A DNA stretch of 64,000 bases from NCBI RefSeq assembly GCF_018350175.1, contig NC_058368.1, forward strand, positions 118,360,001 to 118,424,000, in the 5' to 3' direction. The position numbers were made by a program, and so were the translations under genes. Under the pieces are notes generated by a model, which saw only the letters and a program-made list of their open reading frames with translations, had not been told where the DNA came from and ran no database searches. Within the stretch, counting starts at the first letter, position 1. The number at the start of each line of letters is the position of its first letter. Source of the stretch: Felis catus. Lineage: Eukaryota. This document shows, piece after piece, positions 51,009 to 62,959 of the stretch.

Positions 51009-51799
51009 AAGACTTCTTGAAATAATCGCTTACTTTTGGACAGCGTTTTCTCTCTTTTTCATGATTGTTGACTAGTCTGTCATGGTTGTCGTTACAGACA
51101 TGCCATGATTATCCCCGTAAGATAAATTTGCATTGGTTGTTCTTTTGTTTTTTTCCGTATCTTTAAGATTCAGCTCCTGTCTCTCTGCTTGCTCCCTTCC
51201 TTCTCTTGCTAGAGGAGCAGAGCCTTGGGGACAAAGAGTAGGTGTCTTTTTGGAGTGCCATAGAAGGAAGAGTCCCACATCTTGAAAGCGTGGTGTTAAA
51301 TTTATTTGAACCACAATAATAGTAATAGTGTATTTAGCACCATTGAACTTTCACAACAGTGTCATGAGATACGTGCTACTATCCCCAGTTACAGAGCAGA
51401 ACACTGAGGCATGGAAAGTGAAAGTAATTCAGACAACTAAAAAGTGTTGCAACCAGGATTGGAACCCTTTTACTCTTAACTGGTGGTATACTGCTGACTA
51501 TGGAATCTGAGCTTAGTCCCTTAAATCTTCTGTTTCCTCATTTATAAAATGGGAATAGTAGTGCTCACTTGAGAGCATTTTAAGAGTTAAATGAGGTAGT
51601 GTGAAAAGCTCCTGGCACAAATCACAGCAGCCAGCTATTCTAATGACTAATTATCTTCACCTTTTGTTGGATAGGACCCATACAGAAATTAAAAAAAATT
51701 GTCCTTGCACTGTCTCTGCATACAGTCTCTGGGTTTCTCACTGGGGATGAATTATATTCGTTATCTTTAGAAATTAGACTGATCTTGTACCCTGGCCAC

Positions 51800-51802
<3 letters not shown>

Positions 51803-51882
<80 letters not shown>

Positions 51883-51979
51883 CACGTATATATATACACA
51901 TATATACACACGTATATATATATATATATACACATATATATATACACACACACACACGTATATATGTATATATACACAC
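51803..51979. repeat. Compound (TA)n(CA)n microsatellite
   Basis: (TA)~24, (CA)~11, then mixed TA/CA/CG blocks. Confidence 0.97.
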
Positions 51980-51984
51980 TTCAT

Positions 51985-52168
51985 TTAAAATTTATTTATT
52001 TTTAGAGGGAGCACGGAGGAGGGGCAGAAGGAGAGGGAGACAGCGAGAATCCCAAGCATGCTCTGCGCTGTCAGTACAGAGCCCATTGTGGGGCCTGAAC
52101 CCAAGAAACATGAGATCATGTCCTGAGCTGAAGTTGGATGCTCAACTGACTGAGCCACCCAGGCACCC
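51985..52168 (-). mobile_element. Can-SINE
   Basis: Reverse-complement head ...gagccacccaggcaccc. Confidence 0.9.
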
Positions 52169-52719
52169 TGGCCAGTATTATATTGACCTTAATCCAGATG
52201 TCTTGGTTTTAAACATGTCAATCACAACATTCCATATTCTTCTTCAGGACTGGGATGCTGACTTGTCAGAAGCCATTATAAAAATTACATGTCACATGAG
52301 GGCCCCTCCCTGCCCAACTCCAGCCTCACCACCCAGGGGTGCGTGCCATCAGTTTCTTGAGCACACAGCTAACTTCTAACAGGGAGTTCTTCCTTGACTA
52401 TAACATAAGTATGTCTTACAGTACTCAACAAAAAATTATCTTTTATATAAATATTGGTGTGAAGTGGAAGACGGTGAGTTCCATTCTCTGGTCATCGGTT
52501 AGCCCTGTTCCCAACCCTAATAGTTTTGTTGCCCCCACTTCACCCTATCACTGGTGCCTCTCAGCTGACTTGAACACTTGGCCAGTTCTGAACAAGGGAA
52601 GTCTTCTCTCTCCTTACATCTGTTGAATTTCTGAAATCATTTTAGTCCTAACAACCCACAAGGAGCCAGTTGTCCTAGAAAAGAATCCAGGGTTGGAGAT
52701 TGGTAGGGTATTTTGTTTA

Positions 52720-53182
52720 TTTATTATTTTTTACATTTTTATTTATTTTTGAGAGAGAGACAGAGTGTGAGAGGGGGAGGAACAGAGAGAGAGGGAGACA
52801 TAGAAACTGAAGCAGGCTCCAGGCTCCGAGCTGTCAGCACAGAGCCCGACACGGGGCTCAAACTCACGAATTGTGAGATCATGACCTGAGCCAAAGTCGG
52901 ATGCTTAACCGACTGAGCCACCCTGGTGCCCGTGTTTATTTATTTTTTAATTTTTAAGTTAATTTATTTGAGAGAGAGCATGTGTATGAGTGGGGGAGGG
53001 GCAGAAAGAGCGAGTGAGAGAGAGAGAGAGAGAGAGTGAGTGAGTGAGGGTGAGTCCCAAACAAGCTCCACGCTGCCAGTACAGAGCCTAATGCAGGGCT
53101 TGAACTCAAGAAGCCGTGAGATCATGACCTGAGTCAAAACCAAGAGTGGGACGCTTAACCGACTGAGCCACCCAGGCGCCCC
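52720..53182 (-). mobile_element. Two tandem antisense Can-SINEs (~52720-52931 inserted in the tail of ~52935-53182)
   Basis: tgtttatttatt duplicated around the first; tattttgttt duplicated around the pair. Confidence 0.92.
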
Positions 53183-54325
53183 TATTTTGTTTCCTTCCAG
53201 TAGGAGTAAAGATGTGGTTTTGACTGCATTAGCTCAGTCAACAAATACTTAGTGGACACCATCTGTGCTCTAGGGCGTTGTTACAGGTGCTGGGGACATA
53301 GCTCCCAAGAAGACAAAGTTCTTACTCTTGTGCAGTTGATATTTTACAGGGCAGACAAATTAAACAAGCAAACAAACTGACAGGATACTTTGAGATAAAA
53401 GCACCACGATAGACATAAAAAGAGACTGATAGTGATGGATAGTGGAGGGTGGAGGCAAGGGTAGCTTATGTCTTCAGAGAATGCTTCTCTGAGGTGCTGA
53501 ATGAATTTATATTCTGGGCCAACTTGGTGACCCTGGTTGCTATCGCCTGGGAGAGACTCTTTGCTGGATCACATTCTTTCCCTTCTATTTTCAGAAACTT
53601 TTTTTACCTTTTGTAGTCATGACCACCCAGAGCCTTAGTGAGCTTGGTGAGGTAGGATCTACTTACTCCCCCATATGGCAGGTAGACTGGAGTTTTAAAA
53701 ATCTAAACCTTATCAAGTCTGTCTTAACGTAAATTTCCCAGTGGCCTCCCTTGTCATTCAGAATATAATTTTAACTCCTTGACCATGGCTTATGTATGAT
53801 CGACTTCTGTCTATCTTGTCAGTTTCTTTTCTGACTGTTGTCCTTCTCCCTGTCTGTGCTTAAGCTTTCCAGCCATAGGACTTTCCATTGCTGTTCCTTT
53901 GGAGTGTCTTTGCTTTAGATCATTATGACCTTTAACATAAAGGTCATGTGCTGCTTCTCCTCCTTGAGGTCTTCTGAGAGCAGTCCTCTCACCACCTGAC
54001 CTAAAGTCTTAAGTCGCTGTTCCTTCCTTCCCCACTTTATACCTTTACCTGTTTCACTCTTCCTAGTACTTGGAACCCTCTAAATTCCCTGTTAGAAGTT
54101 GAGGAAATGATACCAAATGTCTTCAAAGAGCCCAATTTGACACTTGACCTGTTCTGAAAGTGCCTCTGAGTGTTCATGGCCTCAATCATCCCTTGGCTGT
54201 CTTTAGATTTTATTCTGTTTTATAGATTTCACCTTGGACAAATCAGGTCTGACTGCTCTAATTGGATAGTGATCCAGTTTTCCTTTTGGGTGGCCCAAGA
54301 AATAGAGTTAAAAAAGCAAGTATCA

Positions 54326-54725
54326 GGGTGCCTGGGTGGCTCAGTCGGTTAAGTGTCCGACTTTGGCTCAGGTCAGGATCTCACCGTTCATGGGTTCAAG
54401 CCCTGAGTCAGGCTCTGTGCTGACAGCTAAGAGCCTGGAGCCTGTTTCCGATTCCATGTCTCCTTCTCTCTGCCCCTCCCCTGCTCACACTCTGTCTCTC
54501 TCTCAAAAAATAAACATTAAAAAAAAAAAAAAGCATCAGGGTCACCTGAATGACTCCTTCGGTTGAGTGTCTGACTTTGGCTCAGGTCATGATCTCCTTC
54601 GTGGTTTGTGAGTTCAAGTCCCACATAGGGACTTTCAGCCCAGAGCCTGCTTAGGATCTTGTGTCCCCCTCTCTCTCTGCCCCTTCCCTGCTTGTGCTCT
54701 CTCTGTCTCAAAAATAAATACATCT
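54326..54725 (+). mobile_element. Two tandem sense Can-SINEs (54326-~54532, ~54539-54725)
   Basis: Two heads, two (CT)n regions and two aaaaataaa tails. Confidence 0.92.
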
Positions 54726-57700
54726 TAAGAGGCAGGACAAAACAAACAAAAACATCAGAACTAAGAGTTGATTAATGCTGTCACCAGCCTCCTTTTGCCT
54801 GTGCTCTTTTTCTTGGATCTCTTTTTCTGTCTCTTCACCTCTACTTTTTTAGGTGGAGGAAAGGAAAAACAAATTTTCTGTTTCTAACTCTGGGTCATAA
54901 GTAGCACAGAGGTGGAGGGCTTGATCTCCTTGGTGGGTAGTTGTTTAATCTACTTTGAATTGATTCCTTCCCCAATCTTCACACATAGAAGAAATGGACT
55001 TATAACTCTTCAGACAACAAGGTTATTTGCTTATGTTGTTTCCTTTAAAAACAGATTTTGAATGTTAGAGTATGTGTTCTCTGTACTCATTTAAAGGTGT
55101 TAAGTTTTAATAGCTATTTTAGTTATAGTGGTACATGTGGGAACATACCCATTATGAGCCTCAGAATTAATTACTAAAGACTTACTTTTCATTGTGCTCT
55201 AAAAAGATTAAAATAAGAAAAACATTTTTCCTCTTTTGTTTATATTGCAGGCCTCTGTGTATTATTTGCTGACAGCATTTCCATGCTGGAACCACATCTC
55301 TTGTTTTTCCAGTGGACACCCCCAAGGCATAATTTCTGTACAAGATTTTTCTGAAACTCTGCAGTGATTTTTTTATAAGATTTAATATCAGTTTATTTGG
55401 ATAGGTCTATGTGGATAAATGGATCTTAACAGGAATTCAGCCAACAAAAGACCATGCTTCCCATACAGTGTCTTAACCTTTTAGGACTGGAGTCTCGCTA
55501 AGTAGAATTTAGGCATGAGAGTCAGTCTCTTGTCTCTGTTGTGTCCTGAAAGCTAATCATTCTTAGATGTTTAATTTAGGAGTGGGCAGAGAGCGAGAAG
55601 GAACAGCATCACGTCTATCTTTGTACACGCAGATGACCTGTTTGGCGCGTCTACACACTAGAGACTCATTGACCCACATCTTCTCTTCCTCCTGCCGTGT
55701 ACAGGCCCTTTCGGGATCTGGTACCACAGTTATTACTAAAATGTGTTGCCAAATGCGGAAATCTCCATCCCTGCTGACTTCCAGTTGTAGGAAATTAGCT
55801 CATGACCTAGAATCCTTGGAGGTGGCAGTGGAGTGAGAAAGGTTATGGAGGAGTCAAGAAAATCCTCAACCTGAAATACAGGCTGGCCTGAGTTTTCTTG
55901 ACTGTATACAAGGCCTTTCACTCTTTGGTGATTTCCACTCTCTCAATAAATAGTAAAGTTTAAGTTATTTCTGTGTCAGAACCTTGACTCTGTTTTCCTA
56001 TCAAGCTGTTTTTGAAAGCATTTTTTTATCTGTTTTGGGGAGCATCCACAGCTTATGTTCACTGAGGGCAAAAGTTAGAGGAACTTGAACCAGTGTGGGA
56101 GAGACAGAAACTCAAGGGAGAGCCCCTGAAGACAGCAGGTGCTCTGTTGGCTGTTTGCTGCCAGCTTTGTAGAACAGCACGAGCCCACCCTTGAGTCACA
56201 GGGCCATAAACAGGACATACTGCGTGACCTGGAGGTCTGACTTTCGTTCCTCTGCTTGTCACTGGAATGACCAGGCTGAGGCCAGTTGCCAAGCAACCCT
56301 GGACATAATAGAAGCACGAGATTTCCTCCACCGACTGTTACATTCCTTCTGCCTTTTTTCTCTTTTTTCTCTTCGCTGAGGGGCTTGAGGCAAACTAGTT
56401 TTGGGTGGGAGGAGGAAAAGCGTACTTCCTGGAAATACTGATTGTGAGAGTCTTACCTCTTTAAGTCTCACTGGTCACAGCTCTAATCAGGTAACTTGGT
56501 GTTACATTGGAAGGCCCTGGTATCTGTTAGAAAGCTCCACGTTCCTGGATCAGCTGGGGGTAAGAGAGTTAAGCTCCATTTGGCCTCAGCATGGATGAGG
56601 AGTATTGGTGAGGTGCTCTACCAACAATGCAACTTACCTTAATGCCCGCCTTTCAGTTAGTTTCAGTAAGGCACATTTGTAGACACTGTGCTTCGACTTG
56701 GGCAGACGGGCTGCTTTCTGTCATGAAGGAGGGAAGACTCAGTCTAAGCTGCTTACGCAGATAGGGAATTTATTTTGATAGGTAGCAAGAAAGCCCAAGG
56801 GATGCTCTGACTTCAGGCTGGTCTGAGTCTCGTGGCTCACACAATGTCTGCAGGTCCTCCCTGTACAGGGAGGCCTTGCCACCTCTCTTCACTCTGCTCT
56901 GCTTTAGGCTGGTGCCATTCTCAGACAGCCTCTTCCCTGTAGTTGGCAAGATGACTTGGGGCCAAGAGTTTGAAGTGAAGCCCTGAGCATGGTTCTCATT
57001 GGCTTTTTTTGAGTCACATGCTCGTCCTTGAGATAATCCTTGCAGCTTGCCTGGCCTGAACCCAGAGTGGAGTCAACAACAGCATATGAAATAACTGTTC
57101 CGAAAGTCAGGGAGGGATGCTTTCCCAGAGGAATATTAGGGTGCTATAAATACAGAAGAAGGGGGGATAGCTGCCAGGCGGCCAAGGCAACAAAATTCCT
57201 CCACATTGGCTTAAGCAAATTGAACAGGGTCATCCAGGGAAGAAAAAGGGCTCTGCCTCCCAAATAGCTCCTGGTTCTTCTCCACATTTGGATAAGTTAA
57301 CTTGGGCTATCACGGTTTGTTGTGGGTTTTTGTTAATTTTTTTTTTGCCTTTTTTTTTTTTTTTTTAAGGGTATGTTTAAATAAAGTTACCTTGGAAATT
57401 CACACTTGGAGATGTTGAAACAAGGGATAGTTTTGAAGTTTTGGGGCCCACTAGGATTGGGCATTCTGGGGGCAGCCTGAGAATAGTGTTTGGGAGCCAA
57501 GTGCCTAGTGAGGGATAGGGTGTCAGGTGGGTGTCAGGGTGAGAGGGGGACTACCTCTGCTGGGTCAGATTAAACAAATAAATGCAGAACAACGTATGAG
57601 AACTGTTGAGTAATACGGCAAGTCTGTAACCCCCAGCTGATGCTTGTCTTACAGCCCAGCCAGTACGAGAGCTTGTTCTCCGTTTTCCAGAGCCTGGCTC

Positions 57701-57789
57701 TTTCACCTTATGATACTTAGGGTCTGGAAAACAATACATCCAGTGGAACTTGGTTTGAATCTGCCCATGTCTAGTAGAGCGGATTAGAC

Positions 57790-57980
57790 TACAGGTGTTG
57801 GCAAACTTCTTCTTTCAAGGGCCAGATGGTAAATATTTTAGGGCGCAGGCCGCAGAGGGTCTGTGTTGCAGATGCTACTTTTTTGCCTTTGTTTTTACAA
57901 CCGTTAATAACGTAAAAACCATTCTTAGCTCATAGGTCATTCAAAAACAAGCCAAGGGCCGTATTTTGCTGAGCCCCCAG
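57790..57980. mobile_element. MER58-like hAT element
   Basis: caggtgttggcaaact...aagggccagatggtaaatattttag...aaaaccattcttagctc...tttgctgagcccc. Confidence 0.75.
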
Positions 57981-58885
57981 TGTGGGTTCTGGAGTCAGAT
58001 AATCCTATGTTCCAGTCTTGTCTGTGTTGCCTATGAACTGTGTGGGCATTTTCACCTCTGAGAGACTCCTTTCTACCAGTTTTCTGTTCTGTAGAGTGAG
58101 TCTGATCAACATACTCCCCTCATTGAGTTATTACAAGGATTGCTGAGAAAGTATTGGCTCTTTGGAATCAAAACGTTGACCCTTGACCACTGCAGAGCAT
58201 ATTCTGGGTGGGGGAGGTGGGGCTGAGCTCCAAGAGTCTTTGTGATTTACATTGTTCTTCCTTTTTTGATGCCTTCTTTTTCTTTGTTTCAGGCAACATT
58301 TCATCAGGTTTTTGGGAAGTTGATGCCAATCTCAGTTTCATTTCTGGTGTGTTCAGGAAGTGACCCACATTTTAATCCATATTTGGCAGTAACCGAAATA
58401 AATTGGCTTGGTTCATTATCAAAATGCAGAATATGTATTTGTTTTGCTTCCAGCCTGAAATTCCCTCCATATCCACTTTTTCACTACATTCCAATTTATC
58501 AGCCTATCAAGACCTCTTGTTAAAGCCAGAAGAAGAATTGTTTTTTTCCTGTTTTATCAGAAAAAAATGTTAGAATTGTGGATTTTTGTTTGTTGAGCTT
58601 GGTGGATAGATGGAAAAGTTTGGAAGAGGGCTGAATTTCTCCCCCAGATCTTCACCCTGCTACGTACAGTTTGTACAGGTAAATTATGATGGAAGGGATA
58701 GAAATTCCATCACCTCTGATGCTTGGTAGGTATCCTGCTTGCAAGGTACCTTGTTTGGGTCTTGCTCCATTGTCTCTTTTAAGTGAGGTTTCCCCTGACA
58801 GTCCTTCTCCCATCCCACTTGATCAGTCTGCTTTTATCTGTAGTACTTTTCTCATTCTAACTTACTATGTAATGTGTTTATTGTG

Positions 58886-58887
<2 letters not shown>

Positions 58888-58927
<40 letters not shown>
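58888..58927. repeat. Poly(T) run of ~40 nt inside an L2 3' end
   Basis: Homopolymer; downstream aaatatttgttgaatgaatg is the L2 terminus. Confidence 0.9.
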
Positions 58928-58928
<1 letters not shown>

Positions 58929-61900
58929 TCTTTCTCTCCTTGCTAGAATGAAAACTCTATAAGGGCAAAGTATTTGTCTTTGCTCACTTCTGTATTTCCA
59001 CTGCCTAGAATGGCATCTGGTGCATAAATAAATATTTGTTGAATGAATGGATGCGTGCTTTGATTCCTATATTGGAACGTTTACTACATCCTATTCTCTC
59101 TGGCCTAGAAGTCATGAGACTTGGGTTTGAATATTGACTCTGCCACAAATTGCCTCTGTCTTTGAGCAAATCATTTAATCTCTGAGCACTGTAGTTTTCT
59201 TATCTTTAAAATAAGGGGTTAGAGTAAATGATTGCTAAAGTTCCTACTAGGTCTGTAGTTCTGTGATTATAATCTCTGGTTAAAAGAAACGATGTGCTGC
59301 TATTAAAATTGCCACAGATATTTCCTAAAAAGTTTGAATTTCATTGGTGGGCAAAGTAGATTGAAAGAGAGTTTCAAAAAAAGTTTTCAGAGGCACCCTC
59401 TGCCTTCAGTAAAACACTTCTCAACTATTCTAGTATGGTTGCTTTCAAGAACATTTCCATTAGCCCCTTTAGGATAAAGTCTTGATGTCTTGATAAGGCT
59501 TTCTGAGCTCTGCATACTCTGGCCCTGACTACTTGCTCCATTCCTTCGGATTTGTTTCTGATTGATGAATGGATGATGGGTTTCCCAGCTTCAGTCTCCT
59601 ATTACTGTTCCTTCTACTTGGTGTTCCTGGTGCCTTCCCCATGCCCCTGTGTTTGGCCAACGCCTACTCATACTTTTGGCCTCAACACATAATGGGTCTG
59701 GACTTAGGGAAGGATTGGCAACAGGGTCCCAGTTCACTGGGACTCTCACCAGCTCAAGTGTGGAGACTGAAAAGGGCCAGGTTGGCCTGAGAGGTGTGGC
59801 TCATCTGGGTTGGCTGGAGTATCTATGTAGTAAGAAGGCCAGGGCTTTTGGGATTAGATCATGGAAGGCTTGGGTGCCATTGTGAAGAGTCTGTCTTCTT
59901 TGTGGATACTGGGAAGCCACTGTGAGGCTTTTTTTTTTTTTTTTTTTTTTTTTATTGTAAGTGTTTTGAGTAGTATAGTGACACAATAAAAGCTTTATGA
60001 ACTCAACAGCACACATCTACCTTGAATAGCATTGAAAGCATTATTTCCCTAATCCCTAAAGCATACTTGGTGGGGACGGGATAAATGCTAGGTTCCTGGT
60101 TTGTACGTGGGGAAAAGCTGGGACACATAATGATTAAAGGACTTACTTTAGGCGTCACAGAAAAGCAGTATTGAGCCAACAAGTGTTTTTATAATTAGAA
60201 TGGTGGTCCTCAAGACTCATGAACATTGCAAGTGGCTTCGTTCATTTTTTGAGCAGGTGGCAAGGTGAATAGTTACATTGAATGTTGAGAGGCAGTCCCT
60301 CCAAGATGACTGACTCATGGATGCTTCTGGAGGTTTTGGCAGAGGCTTAGATTCTGTTTAGTAGATGATGGGATGCTTTTGGGGTGATTACAGGTTCCTT
60401 CTTTTTATCATAGGAACAGTCACCCTGTGTGGTTGCTCTTTGTGTAGAGTTAGCAAGGTCAAGGAGTAGGAAGATGGTGATTCCTCTTCTGGGTAGTTTA
60501 GGAAGATCGCTTTCATAGCAAACCTCATCTGTGATTCTCTTTATTTTAACTTTAAGGTAGGTATTTCAGGTTTGCAGCTTCGTTACAGATTGTGTTTGAA
60601 GCTAGGTTTGAAAATGAAAAACTTACTTGGTATAATAGCTAATCTCCAAAGACTAGTTACCACTCTGCATTGAATGTGCTTTGCAGACTTTAATGTGCAT
60701 CCACATTACCTGGGGACCTTGTTAAAATACAGATTCTTAGGTGGGGCTTGAAACTGCATTTCTTACAAGCTCCCCGGTAATATTGATGCAGCTGAGTTGC
60801 ATGTGCTAGACCTGCATTTCCCTTCCCCTGACCCTTCTTCCTTTCCTCTCTGCCCCAGCCTTTCTCTTTCTTGGCATCTCAGATACCTCTGCAGCCAACA
60901 TGGTCTTTTCAAAATCAAAATGTGATCTTGTCACCTTACTGCTTAAAACCCCTCCTGCCCACCCCCCCCCCCATTGTACCCATGTATAATAGTCTGACCC
61001 ATTTGCTTTTCCAGTCTCGTCTTGCACCATCTTTGGATTTTCCAGCCATCAGGCCCCTTTTCTGCCCCTATGTTGGTCCTATGCCTCCCACCTTAGAGCT
61101 TTGACACACACAGTTCCTCTGATGCAGTGCTCGCCCACCTTCTTCCCCTAGCTATTCCTCCTTCCAATCTCAGCTCAAGTGTTAATTCCTCTGGAAGCTG
61201 CCCTGACTTCCCAGCCTAGTGACCTTTTGCCGTTGCCTCTTCGGCCATTGCCAGCCTCTCTGGCACATAGCTGGGGCCAGGCATCAAGGAAACGGGGTTT
61301 GGTTGGTGTCTTCCTGGATATTATTTTCTAATTGTTCCCTCAAGTGGAACGTTGTGCATAATATTAGGAAATTGTAGATTGCCCAAGAGGTGCCTTTCAA
61401 AAGCTACTCTGCTTGGAAGGGTGGTGATGGTGAAAGCGTACTTGATGGTGTGGAGGAGGAAGGGGATGGGCAAAGTGTTTCCGCCAGGAACGACTCATGT
61501 CATCTGAAGCTGGGTTTGGAGGCTGCTGTTTCATGTGTACATACTTGGTGAATGGTCACGTGTCCCTCTCCCTGCCCCCATGCTTCTCCTTTTTTCTTTT
61601 GCTCTTGCTGTTTTATAAAAGCAGAAACTAAACCCCAGAGGAAAGAATTGGCTAGTTCAGGGCTGGAGGAGAAAATAAATCCAGGTCTGATTACAACCCA
61701 GGCCTCTTTACCCATTGCTGGTGTACATTTGCTTCTTGAAGTCCAGTAGCCTCTGACAGCTTCCTGGGTGTACGAACAGCCCTGTTTAAGTGATGCTATC
61801 TCTTCACAAACTGGAATGCCTTGAAGAGATGCCCTGAATATGTTTGGCAGAAAATCTAACACACCTCACTAACTTAGACATCTTTCCTGCTATGTTACTT

Positions 61901-62724
61901 TTTGAGCAGTGAGTGCTGTCAAAAGTCACGTCTGTGGGTTTTTTAGAGGCATATTTTAATGGTACCCTTTGTATCCACCCCCACTTTGGAAGTTTGTCCT
62001 CTGCATTTTTGAACCTTCTCATAACTTACTACAACTTACATGGTAAGTTAACTTACTTAAATTCTAATCTTCATGGATCTGTGGTTATGTCCTAAGTTCT
62101 CTGTGTAGTGACTGGCACATAGTAGCCACTCCACAAATGGTTAAGGAGAAATGTCTTAATTTGTGATATACTGGGCAGACACACCTCCCCCCATCTTTCA
62201 GCAGTCAAGGCAGTGATACTTTGATACTGAGAATGTTTGTACCTGTGAATTCTTCAGCAGGATTTGTTCCCTGAGCTGTAGGGAGTGACATGAGCCACAG
62301 GAGCACATTTGTAATTGGCCTCATGGCTGCTTATTCACGTGCTCGATTCACTGGCTTGATGCAGTGGGATGTGCAGTGTTAAATGGCTTGGTCCATTGGG
62401 GCAAATCTGAAGGTGGTACCTTGTTATTTTCCTCTTATCCTTAAATGCGAGCTCTGAGAGGGTCCATGCCTATCTTCCCATTGTTTGCTACAGTAATCCA
62501 GAGAGTACTGACTTCAGAGAGTACTGACTTCAGAATAAATAACTATAAAAAATCCTAAGTGGATGAATGATCAATGCATTGATCCTGACTTGAAGGTTGG
62601 GGTGCAGAGCTGGGAAGTCCACACAGATTATTCACATCTGTTCTCTGTGACTCATTGGAGTTCCCTCCCTACCACTCTCTTTATTTTGGGCTTCTCTTCC
62701 ATTAAACTGCCATCAGAGGGCCAA

Positions 62725-62959
62725 CCTCTTTTTCTTTTTTCTTTTTCCCCTCCTCCCCCTCCTCCCCCTCCTCCCCCTCCTCCCCCTCCTCCCCCTCCTC
62801 CCCCTCCTCCCCCTCCTCCCCCTCCTCCCCCTCCTCCCCCTCCTCCCCCTCCTCCCCCTCCTCCCCCTCCTCCTCCCCCTCCTCCCCTCCTCCCCCTCCT
62901 CCCCCACCTCCTCCTCCCTTCTTCCCCCTCCTCCTCCCTTCTTCCCCCTCCTCCTCCTC
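62725..62959. repeat. Polypyrimidine tract with a (CCTCCCCCT)n 9-mer core
   Basis: About 235 nt with a single purine; about 13 perfect 9-mers from 62752. Confidence 0.96.

Noticed and set aside
8743..54566. Recurrent ~60-aa ORFs of the type MAQSVK...SQK, resembling a dispersed gene family or array
   Set aside because: All are translations of Can-SINE bodies from GTG starts.
58255..58684. Acceptor at 58292 paired with donor CAG|GTAAAT at 58679
   Set aside because: The 386-nt interval is long for an internal exon, and such pseudo-exons are common in long introns; there is no further support.
41890..62534. Short tandem duplications (17 bp at 41890-41922, 16 bp at 62499-62534)
   Set aside because: Ordinary slippage duplications of two copies with no spacers; not an array or CRISPR-like structure.
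48734..62654. Several AP-1 motifs (TGASTCA) in intron 1
   Set aside because: Roughly 8 are expected by chance in 64 kb; there is no clear enrichment.
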